From assembly GCA_043727115.1 (NCBI GenBank), contig JAYSZA010000043.1, positions 975-64,974 on the forward strand: a stretch of DNA of 64,000 nucleotides, written 5' to 3'. This DNA comes from Candidatus Saccharimonadota bacterium. Its GTDB lineage: Bacteria > Patescibacteriota > Saccharimonadia > Saccharimonadales > SZUA-47. The translations under genes and the position numbers were made by a program. The notes beneath the pieces were generated by a model. It saw only the letters and a list, made by a program, of their open reading frames with translations, did not search any database and was not told the origin of the DNA. Positions 17,570 through 28,622 of this stretch are shown here, one piece after another. Position 1 is the stretch's first letter. Each line of letters starts with the position of its first letter.

Positions 17570-19360
17570 ATGGCAAAAAAGCAGGCGGTAAAAAAACAGT
17601 CATTGTCTGAAAAATTCAAGCTCCTGCTCAAAAAATATGGTATCGGAACAGCCATTATACTTTTCGTAACACTGTTATATTTCGCGCCTCTACTCAACAA
17701 ACTAGATAGCTACATCGAAGGCGGCGACTCTATGTTCAACGCTTGGACGCTGGCTCGGAATCACAACTGCTTGAAAGGTGATTGTGACAACTATATTGAC
17801 GGAAATATTTACTACCCAAACAAAGACACGATGCTCTACTCAGAGACTCAGCTCTCGACAGGACTCCTGACATTGCCGCTTCATTACATTAACGACAATC
17901 CAATATTCAGCTATAACGTCTGGAAGATTTTCAGTACGTTTTTGAGCGGCTGGTTCATGTATTTATTGGTCAAAAAAATCAGCAAGGGTCACGAGATAGT
18001 GTCGGTTACGTCAGGACTGATATTTGCATTTTCACCATTCAAAATGTCGGCACTTGGTCATTTGCAAAACCTGAGCATATTTTATCTGCCCTTAATTGTG
18101 CTACTGATATTGTGCTACTTAGAAAAGCAGAAAAGAGGATATCTAATTGGCCTGCTTGCGTCGCTTATATTACTGTTCTACGCTTCGTGGTATCAGATGT
18201 TTTTTGCCTTGGGAGCCTTGGGCGTAATGCTCCTCGTGATAGGAGTTATTAGGCTGTCATCTTGGAGGAATATTCTCGTCATCAGCTCGGTAGTCATTAT
18301 TGCTGTGCTTTCTACCTTACCACTCGCAAGACAATACACTCGTTTCTCTAAGGAGAATGATGCAGGATTCACCATTGGCGCTCAGCCTAGTTATGCATCA
18401 AGCGTTGCAGACTACTTTATTCCGCACATCGGTACCGCTGAAGGCTGGCTATACGACAAAGTCGCACCAACTAACGCTCGCCGTATTCCATACAACCTGG
18501 ACAGCATCTCCTACCATGGTGCTGTATTGTACATGGTTGCTCTGGCGATAATTATAATTTTGTTTAGAAAACGTAAAGCCAGCAAAGAACATAGCCAACA
18601 ATATAAATGGGCAGTGGTATGGCTTGCGGTTGGGCTCGTTGGTTTGTTGTTTTCTCTGGGTCCACTCCTAAAGATTGGTGGTAGCTATATTTACGCCACT
18701 CTAAATAGTGGCGTAGGTTTGAGTATGCCACTGCCATATATTTTGCTAGATTTTGCTTTGCCCCAGATTCAGTTTATACGTGCAGTGGGGCGCTGGAGCA
18801 TACTTTTATTGTTTGCGTTATGCGTAGCGCTAGCGTATCTTCCTCGTGTTGCAGACGCCACTGCAAGCCTGAAGAAAAGGAAAAGTATAGTTTATGGGGC
18901 AATAATTATTTTATTTATTTTTGAGCTTGCGCCACTGCATTTTCACTACATGTCGAATCGACCACATGCCTATGATATTAAAATTCCGGCTGTCTATACT
19001 CATATCAAAAATATCCCACAGGTAGATAATCTGCTGGTTTTGTATGCAGACCAGGACTATCCTAATCCGGAACTCGCTTTTGCGCGTATGGAGACTGTAA
19101 TGTGGGCAGGCTATCACAACAAAAATATCTTTAACGGCTATAGCGGCTACACGCCACCAAACTACGAAGAGGATTACGCTGATTTCCAAGATTTACGCCT
19201 CGATGATATAGAAAAAATGAAATCAAAAAAACTGGACTATGTGCTTATTGATAAACAACTATCCACAACCAACCCAGAGCTAGCAGATACCGCTAAGACG
19301 CTTTTCTATGAGGTAACTTATGAAGATGCAAGATACCTACTGATGAAAATCAGTAAATAG
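17570..19360 (+). CDS. GT-C fold multi-TM glycosyltransferase (YfhO-like)
   Basis: Many TM helices, GD..N.W luminal motif, NGYSGY; ATG 17570 just after the GT2 stop. Confidence 0.7.
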   Translation: MAKKQAVKKQSLSEKFKLLLKKYGIGTAIILFVTLLYFAPLLNKLDSYIEGGDSMFNAWTLARNHNCLKGDCDNYIDGNIYYPNKDTMLYSETQLSTGLLTLPLHYINDNPIFSYNVWKIFSTFLSGWFMYLLVKKISKGHEIVSVTSGLIFAFSPFKMSALGHLQNLSIFYLPLIVLLILCYLEKQKRGYLIGLLASLILLFYASWYQMFFALGALGVMLLVIGVIRLSSWRNILVISSVVIIAVLSTLPLARQYTRFSKENDAGFTIGAQPSYASSVADYFIPHIGTAEGWLYDKVAPTNARRIPYNLDSISYHGAVLYMVALAIIIILFRKRKASKEHSQQYKWAVVWLAVGLVGLLFSLGPLLKIGGSYIYATLNSGVGLSMPLPYILLDFALPQIQFIRAVGRWSILLLFALCVALAYLPRVADATASLKKRKSIVYGAIIILFIFELAPLHFHYMSNRPHAYDIKIPAVYTHIKNIPQVDNLLVLYADQDYPNPELAFARMETVMWAGYHNKNIFNGYSGYTPPNYEEDYADFQDLRLDDIEKMKSKKLDYVLIDKQLSTTNPELADTAKTLFYEVTYEDARYLLMKISK

Positions 19361-19365
19361 AAAGT

Positions 19366-20379
19366 TTACTTCCAAAAACGGAGCTTTTTCAGGAGTGAAC
19401 GAAGCCTGTGCAATCTGTAGGCATTAGGCGGTAAATCATAGGTGATGATAGATTTAATGTAATCAGTGGATACTTTTCTAGACTTTTGAATTTTTCGGCG
19501 TTCAACTAGTTTTTTTGGTAAATATAAATTAGTGATAAATAAACCTTTAAATACAGGCACTAGCTTACCTCTCATCAAAGACGATAGCACTATTGAACTG
19601 TAGGCTAGTAAGAATCTAGGCCAGATTGTCGTCATTAGACGTAGAGGAACATTTTTCAAGAAAAGCCAGGGCAGGTTCTTAATAGTCATGTAGGTGGTTA
19701 GGCCAGGAACTTTGCCACTCGAAGCACCCACTTTATGATAGGCGACTGCCTTTGGGCTGTAAGCTACTTTCCAGCCCGCTAGTTGCGCGCGGAAGCTGAT
19801 ATCTACGTCCTCATAGTATGCAAAGAAATCTTCGTCAAATAGACCAATTTGTTTTAGCATTTCTATACGGTATACACTGGCACCACCAGTTGCTCCGAAA
19901 ACTTCTTGCCCAATGTCATATTGCCCCGAATCTACGTCATTTCTGCCTCTTGGATACGCTAGCCCCCAAGAAGTGTATTGGTCGCCAGTTGAATCTATCG
20001 TGCCGTCCGTTTTTAATAATTTACCGGTGGCTATCCCCACCTTCTCACTGCTCATCTGAGAATTTAACTCTTCGAGCCAGCTTGGTTCTGGGGTCGCATC
20101 GTTATTTATCAGCGCTACAAATTCATAGTCATTATCTGCAACATAACGAATGCCTGTGTTTACTCCACCCGCGAAGCCTTTGTTCACGTTGTTTTTCAGT
20201 AAAACAATCTCTGGATGATTCTGTTTGACAATAGATACAAAGTTATCTGTAGAATTATTATCTACAGCGATGATATCATGCCCAGTAGTCTGCTTTTGTA
20301 GGGCAGCGATACAGCTCAGAGAATCTTTTTCTCCATTCCAATTAAGCACAACGACTGCAATGTTAGATTGTTTATTCAT
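19366..20379 (-). CDS. GT2 glycosyltransferase (rhamnosyltransferase/WbbL-like)
   Basis: VLNWNG, VDNNSTD, NxGFAGGVN, INND and FFAYYEDVD; start at ATG 20379. Confidence 0.9.
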   Translation of the reverse strand: MNKQSNIAVVVLNWNGEKDSLSCIAALQKQTTGHDIIAVDNNSTDNFVSIVKQNHPEIVLLKNNVNKGFAGGVNTGIRYVADNDYEFVALINNDATPEPSWLEELNSQMSSEKVGIATGKLLKTDGTIDSTGDQYTSWGLAYPRGRNDVDSGQYDIGQEVFGATGGASVYRIEMLKQIGLFDEDFFAYYEDVDISFRAQLAGWKVAYSPKAVAYHKVGASSGKVPGLTTYMTIKNLPWLFLKNVPLRLMTTIWPRFLLAYSSIVLSSLMRGKLVPVFKGLFITNLYLPKKLVERRKIQKSRKVSTDYIKSIITYDLPPNAYRLHRLRSLLKKLRFWK

Positions 20380-20412
20380 GGGCAACTCATCTATAATGAT
20401 ACAAGACTTTTC

Positions 20413-21213
20413 ATGAAACATATCTATAGCAAACAAAACAGAGCACTTCTAGCAGAACTAGTACGAACCGACTTTAAGCTACGCTATCAAGGTTCGGTTC
20501 TTGGCTACGCATGGTCGTTACTCAGACCGCTATTTATGTTTGCCATTCTATATCTTGTGTTTGCGGTTGTTTTTAAAGTGGGAAAAGACATACCTAGCTT
20601 TCCGATCTATCTATTGCTCGGTATCGTTTTGTGGAACTTTTTTCAGGAAATGACACAACAGAGTCTTGGATCGATTGTGGGTCGGGGTGATTTGATCAGA
20701 AAGATTAGGATTCCTAGATGGATGATCATCGTATCGGCAAGTGTTGGTGCTTTAATCAACCTAAGCCTGAACCTAATTGTTGTGCTCGTTATCGCGTTAA
20801 TTAGCGGCATGGATTTGTTGGTTACCAGTGTTCTGTTGCCATTATTTATTATCGAAATATACATATTTGCACTTGGATTAGGACTCCTGCTATCAGCACT
20901 TTTTGTTAAGTATAGGGATGTAAGCTACATATGGGACGTTTTGCTACAGGCAGGTTTTTACGCTACGCCGATCCTTTATCCAGTAAGTTTGATATCTAAC
21001 GTTACTGCTCAGAAAATATTATTTATTAATCCAATGGCTCAGGCAATTCAAGGCGCCCGTAACGTTTTTGTAACACCCGAAGCAGTAACCATAAATGATG
21101 TTTGGCATAATCAGTGGGCGTTTTTGCTGCCACTTACTATTGTGCTTGTTTTCTTGATCGTTGGCACGCTCTATTTCAGAAGAGAAGCTAAAGATTTTGC
21201 GGAGAACCTATAA
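20413..21213 (+). CDS. wzm: Polysaccharide ABC transporter permease
   Basis: DFKLRYQGSVLGYAWSLL, YRD, FYATPILYP and NP motifs; start at ATG 20413. Confidence 0.93.
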   Translation: MKHIYSKQNRALLAELVRTDFKLRYQGSVLGYAWSLLRPLFMFAILYLVFAVVFKVGKDIPSFPIYLLLGIVLWNFFQEMTQQSLGSIVGRGDLIRKIRIPRWMIIVSASVGALINLSLNLIVVLVIALISGMDLLVTSVLLPLFIIEIYIFALGLGLLLSALFVKYRDVSYIWDVLLQAGFYATPILYPVSLISNVTAQKILFINPMAQAIQGARNVFVTPEAVTINDVWHNQWAFLLPLTIVLVFLIVGTLYFRREAKDFAENL

Positions 21214-22410
21214 ATGAATAGTCGAAACGAAATTGCAATAAAAATCTCGCACGTCAGCAAATCATTTAAGTTGCCCCACGAAAAGAATACCTCTGTCAAG
21301 AGTTTCGTAGTAAATCCGTTCAAGAAGAGAACGTATGAAAAACAGGAAGTTTTGAAAGATATTGATTTTGAAATCAAAAAAGGTGATTTTTTTGGAATAG
21401 TTGGCCGTAATGGCAGCGGCAAAAGTACACTCCTAAAACTGCTAGCGGGTATATATTCTCCCGACTCAGGACACATACAGGTTAACGGCAAACTTACTCC
21501 ATTTATTGAGCTAGGTGTAGGCTTTAACCCAGAGCTAACTGGTAGAGAAAATGTTTTCCTAAATGGTGCGCTACTTGGTTTTAATCGTAAAGAAATGCTA
21601 GCGATGTACGATGAAATTGTTGAATTTGCAGAAATTGAAAAATTTATGGATCAAAAACTTAAAAATTATTCATCAGGTATGCAGGTTCGTTTGGCGTTTT
21701 CAATTGCTATCAGAGCTGAAAGTGACATACTAGTACTCGATGAAGTATTGGCAGTAGGTGATGCTAACTTTCAAAAAAAATGCTATGACGTGTTTAAACG
21801 CTATAAAACCCAAGGTAAGACTGTGGTTCTTGTTACTCATGATATGGGTGCTGTTGAACAGTTCTGCAATAAGGCAGTTCTGATTGATGAGGGCCAGATT
21901 AAAGTCAGTGGTTTGCCGTACAACGTTACTAAAAGTTACAACAAGGCTAACATTGAAGAGCAAGATAAAGTTCAAGACGATAAAATTAGAAAAAGGAACA
22001 ACAAGAAGGTTTTTATCGAAAAAGTATGGATTGAAAAAAACGGAAAAGAAACAGTTGCTTTATCAAACGAAAACCCTATTGATATAAAAATAAAAGTCAT
22101 AGCCAATGTCGACATTAAGCATCCTGTGTTTGGAATAACAATTCTTGATCAGACAGGAAGACCACTATTCGCCACCAATACGTTAGTGAAAGAAATCCAT
22201 CACAAACTAATAAAAGATAAATTTTATACAATAAATTTTCATATAAAGAACACACTTTCAGACGGCAATTACTATGTTGTGCCAGCAGTTACAGATGAGA
22301 TTAGTGAGGAAAAATATGACTCAATCGACGAAGGTCATCTTTTCTCTATTTCTGGGTGGGAGTTCCCGGCATTTGTGTTGCAGCCCGACTATTCAATCAC
22401 TATTAAGTAG
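21214..22410 (+). CDS. wzt: Polysaccharide ABC transporter ATPase with Wzt_C domain
   Basis: GRNGSGKST, YSSGMQVRLAF and LDEVLAVGD; C-terminal extension. Confidence 0.94.
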   Translation: MNSRNEIAIKISHVSKSFKLPHEKNTSVKSFVVNPFKKRTYEKQEVLKDIDFEIKKGDFFGIVGRNGSGKSTLLKLLAGIYSPDSGHIQVNGKLTPFIELGVGFNPELTGRENVFLNGALLGFNRKEMLAMYDEIVEFAEIEKFMDQKLKNYSSGMQVRLAFSIAIRAESDILVLDEVLAVGDANFQKKCYDVFKRYKTQGKTVVLVTHDMGAVEQFCNKAVLIDEGQIKVSGLPYNVTKSYNKANIEEQDKVQDDKIRKRNNKKVFIEKVWIEKNGKETVALSNENPIDIKIKVIANVDIKHPVFGITILDQTGRPLFATNTLVKEIHHKLIKDKFYTINFHIKNTLSDGNYYVVPAVTDEISEEKYDSIDEGHLFSISGWEFPAFVLQPDYSITIK

Positions 22411-22415
22411 CTATT

Positions 22416-23399
22416 TTACAGACGTGCTTTTTTTTCTAATGAGTGTTTTTCGATATCTTTTATATTATCTCTATTTTTGTTTACGACATAAGAAGCTCGT
22501 AATTTTTCGAAATTTCTTACAGGGCTACCAACGAAGTTTCTTATCTTTTGACTGAACGAATAATCCTTATCTTTAATAATAAACGAATAATCTCTAAAGG
22601 TTTCAAGAATTAATAACTTCAACAAGCTATATATGCGCCCTTCAGGGACAACATTAAGAACCTTTAACATAGCACTGTACTCGTCTATCCTACGCGAAAA
22701 ATACTTTCTTATGGGGTAGTCGTTGGAATGCATAACATTTCCTTGGGGAGCGAAGGCTTTTAAATAACCAGCTTCAAGAACATCACTTCCAAGTAGTTGA
22801 TCTTCTGAGTAATCAACATCTCTGTAAGGTAATATTTTCTTCAGGTAATTGAGCTTAACGGCCGAGTTTACATCAGAAAAGAATGTCAGTTTTTGATCTA
22901 ACCCCCTTTTATTTATAAGTGACTTGCCTCTGTGGATCATTAGTGAATGATCAGGACCTAAGGAGTTAAAAACAGAAGAAACCTCTCGTTTAGTAGTTGC
23001 ATCGGTGAAGGGTCTAGGTGTTTGTTTTCCGACAACACAAAAAACATCTTTACTTAGATAGAATGGCTCAATCATGAACTCCAACCACTTATTATGTGCC
23101 GGAATTGCATCCTGAGAAAGAAACACTATAAATTCAGCGTCTGACATGCTGGCAGCTAAGTTTCTTGTTTTGCCGTGACCAAACTCTGAATTGGGTATTT
23201 TGTGAAGTCTTACCTCAGGAAAATTTTCAATAATTGACAGTGTTTTATCTTTGGATCCTGAATCAATAATAAGTAGTTCGAAGCTAAGTTCTGTTTCTTG
23301 TGACAAAACGGCAGCGATTAGACTATGGAGATGTTCTTCACCGTTATAGGTTGGAACAGCTATAGTTACATCTAATTTTGATTTTTTAGATATTCCCAT
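22416..23399 (-). CDS. GT2 glycosyltransferase (rhamnosyltransferase-like)
   Basis: PTYNG, IDSGSKD, FGHGKTRN, SQDA and SED motifs. Confidence 0.88.
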   Translation of the reverse strand: MGISKKSKLDVTIAVPTYNGEEHLHSLIAAVLSQETELSFELLIIDSGSKDKTLSIIENFPEVRLHKIPNSEFGHGKTRNLAASMSDAEFIVFLSQDAIPAHNKWLEFMIEPFYLSKDVFCVVGKQTPRPFTDATTKREVSSVFNSLGPDHSLMIHRGKSLINKRGLDQKLTFFSDVNSAVKLNYLKKILPYRDVDYSEDQLLGSDVLEAGYLKAFAPQGNVMHSNDYPIRKYFSRRIDEYSAMLKVLNVVPEGRIYSLLKLLILETFRDYSFIIKDKDYSFSQKIRNFVGSPVRNFEKLRASYVVNKNRDNIKDIEKHSLEKKARL

Positions 23400-24310
23400 G
23401 TCCGTTGGATTCCTTCCTCGAATTTATATTGTGGACGAATATCAAAGTCTTTTATGAACTTAGATGTATCTAGGACGATATGATCAACGAATGTGGAAGG
23501 CACTGCTTTGAATTCTTTGGTTACTTTATTGCCTGTAACGGTTTCTATAACCTCAACGAGCTCATTAACCGATCGGCCTTCACCCGATCCAATGTTATAT
23601 ATATCGCATATTTCAAGATTTTTATCAAAGGCCTCTACTATAAGGTGTGCGACGTCTTCAACGTAGATATAGTCTCTAATCATTGATCCGTCTCCATATA
23701 TTGTTATTGGCTCATTGCGTAGGACTTTTTCTAGGAATATAGGAATTACACCTTGACCGCTAAGTGTATTTTGTCTAGGTCCATATGGGTTCGAAATGCG
23801 CATTACTAAAGAGTTCAAACCGTATTTTGTTTGGAAATATCTAAGATAATTTTCTATAGTGAGCTTACCTATTGCATATGGAGACACGGGTTTGGGGCAA
23901 ACTCGCTCGCTTATAGGATCATGAGTTGGAACGTTTCCGTATATTGCACCACCTGTAGAAGCAAATATTACTCGTTTTACTCCTTTTTCTGTACAAATTT
24001 TAAACAATTCGATACTCATTCTTATGTTTGTATCTATATCTACGGAAGGATCATTATCAGAAGTTATAGGTGTTGTTGTGGATATGAAGTGAAAAACATA
24101 ATCCATTCCTTCTACGGCCTCTTTCAGGCTGGTACTATTCAAGAAATCTCCAGAGACAATTTCTACATTATGGTGCTCGGCATTAGAAAAAATTACACTA
24201 TTAGATTTGTAGCGGTCAAAACAACGAACAAAATGTCCTTGTTCTGCCAATGAATCAACCAAGTGACTGCCAATAAAACCGTTTGCACCTAAAACTAAGC
24301 ATTTAGCCAT
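23372..24310 (-). CDS. NAD-dependent epimerase/dehydratase
   Basis: GANGFIG, STGGAIYG, YAIGK (YxxxK), NPYGP and RDYIYVED. Confidence 0.92.
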   Translation of the reverse strand: MAKCLVLGANGFIGSHLVDSLAEQGHFVRCFDRYKSNSVIFSNAEHHNVEIVSGDFLNSTSLKEAVEGMDYVFHFISTTTPITSDNDPSVDIDTNIRMSIELFKICTEKGVKRVIFASTGGAIYGNVPTHDPISERVCPKPVSPYAIGKLTIENYLRYFQTKYGLNSLVMRISNPYGPRQNTLSGQGVIPIFLEKVLRNEPITIYGDGSMIRDYIYVEDVAHLIVEAFDKNLEICDIYNIGSGEGRSVNELVEVIETVTGNKVTKEFKAVPSTFVDHIVLDTSKFIKDFDIRPQYKFEEGIQRTWEYLKNQN

Positions 24311-25550
24311 TGATTATTCTCTTTTCAAATATATTTACGAATTTTCTACCAGATACGTCCCAGTCTGCGCCAGATACGCTATCAGCTGCCTTCTTGGCGT
24401 ATTTAGGTAAGTCCTTCCTTGTAACTATCTCTGACAATCGATTTGCCATTGCGGTAGGGTTGTTCGCAGTGTATGCAATAAATTCATTGTTTGAAACCAA
24501 TCTGTTATTAGGAGCGTCATTAACAACAGGTATAGTTCCGCATGCGAGGAGCTCAAGAGGTAACAATGACATATTGGTTAGGGAAATCACTAGAGCCACA
24601 GCACATCGGTTGTATACATCGGACAGTTCACTTAGGGGCATCGACATAAGGTTCTCATAAGGAAAGGGAATTTCGTATTCTCTGACATCCCACCCAGCTA
24701 GGTTGATTGTGTACTCAGGGTGTTCATTGTGAAATTGAGTAAGTGCCATTATTCCAAGCTCAAAACCTCTCCGAGCAGTTACAGGTCTGGCATAAAAGAA
24801 TATCTCTTTTCTCTCGTCTTTATTTTCGAAACGATAGGTTACTTTATCGGCGCCAAAATCATAATGATCTGTCGGCATTTCATAATCGGATTTGAGTTTA
24901 TTCGCAAGCCAACCACCTGCAGTAATTCCATGAAATCCAAATCTATAGCTATTTTGTGCTAGTACATACTCTGATCCAACAGGGTAGAAATAGGGCTCAA
25001 AATCTTGCACAAAATAGAATCGTTTTGCCGTGACCCCGCTATTAAACACTGGGTATGCTGTCTCCCAACCGGTGGCAAAGATCGCGTCGGCATTAGCCAT
25101 ATCTTTTTTGAGCCACTGCATAGTTGAAGCCGCAGCAACCTTTTCATAAGAGCCATCATTAACTACTTCTTTAATCTGAGTGATATTTCTAGGGTCAATT
25201 GTTGAATACAAGTATATTTTATTTTTATGACCAGCTTTTTCTAGATAACTAATAAACCTAAAAAGATTTTGATGTCCACCACTTCCTTTGCCAGGAGGTG
25301 ACATCACCCAGTTGACCGTATAGCACTTTTTAGGTTTAATTTTTGGATTAATTTTATCTGTATCAATTTTCGACCAATCCGCCTTAAGGATGTCTTCAAT
25401 TTTTGCAAATGAATGGAGTTTTACGGCACTTCCTGGATTAAGTCGGCGGTACAATCTCTCTAGCATTCGAATCTGAAAGATGATGAGGCCATCTTTCTTT
25501 ATCATTCGATATGCAGAGTGTGGTTTTTTAACAATCTTTTTTAACACCAT
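24303..25550 (-). CDS. GT4 WsaF-like rhamnosyltransferase
   Basis: SGG, ATGWETAY, YFVQDFEPYFY, FYARP..RRGFELG and PLELLACG. Confidence 0.8.
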   Translation of the reverse strand: MVLKKIVKKPHSAYRMIKKDGLIIFQIRMLERLYRRLNPGSAVKLHSFAKIEDILKADWSKIDTDKINPKIKPKKCYTVNWVMSPPGKGSGGHQNLFRFISYLEKAGHKNKIYLYSTIDPRNITQIKEVVNDGSYEKVAAASTMQWLKKDMANADAIFATGWETAYPVFNSGVTAKRFYFVQDFEPYFYPVGSEYVLAQNSYRFGFHGITAGGWLANKLKSDYEMPTDHYDFGADKVTYRFENKDERKEIFFYARPVTARRGFELGIMALTQFHNEHPEYTINLAGWDVREYEIPFPYENLMSMPLSELSDVYNRCAVALVISLTNMSLLPLELLACGTIPVVNDAPNNRLVSNNEFIAYTANNPTAMANRLSEIVTRKDLPKYAKKAADSVSGADWDVSGRKFVNIFEKRIING

Positions 25551-25594
25551 AGTTTCAGATGTAAGTATAGCAAATTTAGAGGATAGTTTGACTA

Positions 25595-27991
25595 TTAAAT
25601 TGGTGTTCCTGTCGTAAGCAGTCCTACGAAATCATTAGATAACGTCTTGATTTTGTTTTCTCCTCCCAAATTTACTAAAGAGCCCCAAGACTTTATTGGT
25701 CTTTTTTGTCCTGCAGCAATGTAGTAGATCGTTGTAGAGTCTTTAGTCTTAATAAACCTTGTCAAAGAAGTATCTCTTTTCATATTTCGGGCTAGTAGCG
25801 GGTCTAGTTGGGTAAGAGATGATGGGGTAAATCCATACTCTGAAGCTATTGTCGAGCTAGCGGTATGCAAAATTCCATCATCGGCTACAAACACAACATT
25901 AGTTGCATTTTTGTATACCGCAGGAAGGTTCCCTGAGTTTGCGTATGCTGCTAGAGTTTGACTATTTACAGTATGTACACTGTTCCAGATATAACCAAAA
26001 TCTTCAAATCTATTTGCACTTTCTATGCCTAGTCTAGAGGTGGCGCCTGAAACAACATAAATAGAGCTGTTGGTTGCACTTTTAAGCAAATCCCCTGGAG
26101 CAAACTTCAATGGTCCACCAGGTATCTTCATAAATACTATTGAAGGAATTTCAGAAATATCGCCCAAATCATACCCTAGTTTACTGAATGTTTCATAGCT
26201 AACCATTGATCTAAGAGCTCCATTCTCTAGTACTGCTAGAGAATTTCCCCCAGCGTTCTTTATCACTGGTTTTAAGATAGCGTCAGGAAGTTTATTTATG
26301 ATTGTATCACTGAGTTTTGATGGCTGAAGCCCATGACCTGTCGCAAGTGGGTACTTTGAGGCACCATTCATAATGTATGTATTGCCAGATGATTTTTTAA
26401 CTAGACAATTTGCTGAGTTTTGAGCGATACCGTTTGTCATACTAAACGATGCTACTGTAAACTTCTTTATGTTCTTTAGCCCTAAACAATTGTAAGTATC
26501 GATACTATTTACCGGATAATAGCTGGTGCCGTTATAAATTCTAACCGTGCTGGAGTTGTTTGCTACTAGGTAGTCATTATCTACTAGAGGGATACCATGA
26601 CCAAGATTTTCAAGTGTATAGTCGCTTACCTTCGATAGGTTGCTGCTAGCTAATAGTTCATTTAGTTTAGAGATTTCAAATATAATTCTTTTTTTACTGT
26701 TTTCAATTTTATAGACAGTAGTATTGGCAAAACCCACCACAACGTCAGAAAGATTTTCAGGAGAAGTGACAAGTCTACTTATGGCATCCCCAGACATAAC
26801 TACAATGTCCTCACTCCCAAAACCAAAATTCTCTAGAGAGGACCAAGAACTTATCGGGAACTTATAGCCAGCACTAACTAAATATATCGTGCTCGCATCT
26901 GGAGTTTTAACAAGCCTACCAATAGACGAATTGTATGGTGTTGTGGCGTTTGGAATAGCGTCGATTTCTTGTTGACTAACAAAACGTACATCATTCAGTC
27001 CAAGTCCGAATTCATTTGCAATAATCATTGAAGGGATCGTGTGTTTTCTGGAACCGTCGGTATAGTATAGCGAATTTGATGTTTCAGTTCTGATTAAGCT
27101 ACCTGTAGTAGGGCCAAACCAATCACTAAACATGCGCCAGAAATTTCGATTACCATAAGCTCCACACCCATCACCACTACCATATAAATTATCTAGTGCC
27201 GATTGATTTGGCTGGTATGGAGTGTATATGTATAAGCTTGCAGTTGCTTGATTCTGTATGTACACGTTTGAGCCAGTCGGGTTTGGGCAAGAGGTCGTTG
27301 CAGGGCTGTAGTAGATAAAATTATTTCTGTGCTTTTTGTAATTGAAACCATTGGGGTTTGCCTCATACCGCCGAAATGCCTTAGCGGCCTGATAAACCTG
27401 GTTAAAGAAGCCGTAGTATTCATCGTTACAGTCCAGAGGTTGGCCCGGTGGCGGATCTGGACATCCATACCCCATTGCAATTCTGTACTGAGACGACCAA
27501 GGCCAGTCGTCTGATATAAGACTCTGTTCCTTCTGTAGCATCACAATTAAAACTTGTGGATTTATGTCGCAAGCTTTTGAAGCATCAAAAATAATCTGAG
27601 CAGCTGATTTCGTACCACCAGCGATACTATTTTTACATAAGTCACTACCCCCATTTGTAATTGATGGAATTGTTTCCATATAATCTTTAATACAAGTATA
27701 GGGTGGCGGATATCCTTTTGATGTACCGTGCTCTGCTCTGGTAGTGCTTCCGCTGTAGATTTTATTCCCATTTGTGTCACAGCTAGGTACTTTAGAGCTA
27801 AGAAAAGCCTGTATCTGATCAGTAGTCATTGAGTAACTGTTATAGAAAATTGCATCATCAATAATATTACCCGCTTTGAATTGTGATCCACTCAATCCAT
27901 AGACGGCTGTAGTCTGTGCAATAGTAAGTATTCCAACCGAGAATACCAGTGTGTATATCATTTTTTTTATTGAACTCTTATAGTCAAGCAT
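25595..27991 (-). CDS. Secreted protein: lysozyme-like N-terminal domain plus multiple ~50-aa repeats
   Basis: Signal peptide; INPQVLIVMLQKEQSL, AMGYGCPD, GFFNQV and LYIYTP; repeats of the form LxK..IY.I..G.KR. Confidence 0.7.
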   Translation of the reverse strand: MLDYKSSIKKMIYTLVFSVGILTIAQTTAVYGLSGSQFKAGNIIDDAIFYNSYSMTTDQIQAFLSSKVPSCDTNGNKIYSGSTTRAEHGTSKGYPPPYTCIKDYMETIPSITNGGSDLCKNSIAGGTKSAAQIIFDASKACDINPQVLIVMLQKEQSLISDDWPWSSQYRIAMGYGCPDPPPGQPLDCNDEYYGFFNQVYQAAKAFRRYEANPNGFNYKKHRNNFIYYSPATTSCPNPTGSNVYIQNQATASLYIYTPYQPNQSALDNLYGSGDGCGAYGNRNFWRMFSDWFGPTTGSLIRTETSNSLYYTDGSRKHTIPSMIIANEFGLGLNDVRFVSQQEIDAIPNATTPYNSSIGRLVKTPDASTIYLVSAGYKFPISSWSSLENFGFGSEDIVVMSGDAISRLVTSPENLSDVVVGFANTTVYKIENSKKRIIFEISKLNELLASSNLSKVSDYTLENLGHGIPLVDNDYLVANNSSTVRIYNGTSYYPVNSIDTYNCLGLKNIKKFTVASFSMTNGIAQNSANCLVKKSSGNTYIMNGASKYPLATGHGLQPSKLSDTIINKLPDAILKPVIKNAGGNSLAVLENGALRSMVSYETFSKLGYDLGDISEIPSIVFMKIPGGPLKFAPGDLLKSATNSSIYVVSGATSRLGIESANRFEDFGYIWNSVHTVNSQTLAAYANSGNLPAVYKNATNVVFVADDGILHTASSTIASEYGFTPSSLTQLDPLLARNMKRDTSLTRFIKTKDSTTIYYIAAGQKRPIKSWGSLVNLGGENKIKTLSNDFVGLLTTGTPI

Positions 27992-27996
27992 AATAT

Positions 27997-28527
27997 TTAC
28001 TGAATCTCCAGAGAACTTGATGCACTACCATAATAATTATTTGATTTATACGAAACCACGACATCCCATTTACCACTTAGGTTGAAGTTATCCTGACTAA
28101 TATCTTCTATATTGCAGATAGTACTACTTGCATCTGGGTAGGCAGGTGCCTTAAAAGTTTCTTCTTCTCCATCTTTACTAAAAACAACAGTACATTCTCC
28201 TTCTTGAAGGGTCTGTGGCATAAATGCTCGCACCTCTATGAAATCACCATACTGACCAGCGTCTGCTATGACAACGGTGACATTGACCGGAGAACTTGCA
28301 GTGCTACTTGGCTTTTGCTGAGCGACACTTGGTTGATCGTCCTTGATGTCATTACCTGCCTGAACTTCAATTGCGGTAGGCGGATTATAATTTATACTAT
28401 CAGTTTCAGCGGTTTTGGTGGGGGTATTCTTCTCAGACATCGTAAAAAAAGCAACAATACCAAAAATTAAAATGACTAGAATTAGAAGAGACAAATATAC
28501 CACAGATTTTTTTGAAGTTTTATACAT
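27997..28527 (-). CDS. Membrane-anchored hypothetical protein (Ig-like C-terminus)
   Basis: N-terminal TM, linker and beta-rich domain; TGnTAAAAT 6 nt before ATG. Confidence 0.7.
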   Translation of the reverse strand: MYKTSKKSVVYLSLLILVILIFGIVAFFTMSEKNTPTKTAETDSINYNPPTAIEVQAGNDIKDDQPSVAQQKPSSTASSPVNVTVVIADAGQYGDFIEVRAFMPQTLQEGECTVVFSKDGEEETFKAPAYPDASSTICNIEDISQDNFNLSGKWDVVVSYKSNNYYGSASSSLEIQ

Positions 28528-28622
28528 ATGTTTATTTTAACACTAACGCTTATAACTTATTTATATTATCATAATTATTAACTTTAGTCCAGTTCGCTAC
28601 ATTTTCTGTATAATAAACTGAG

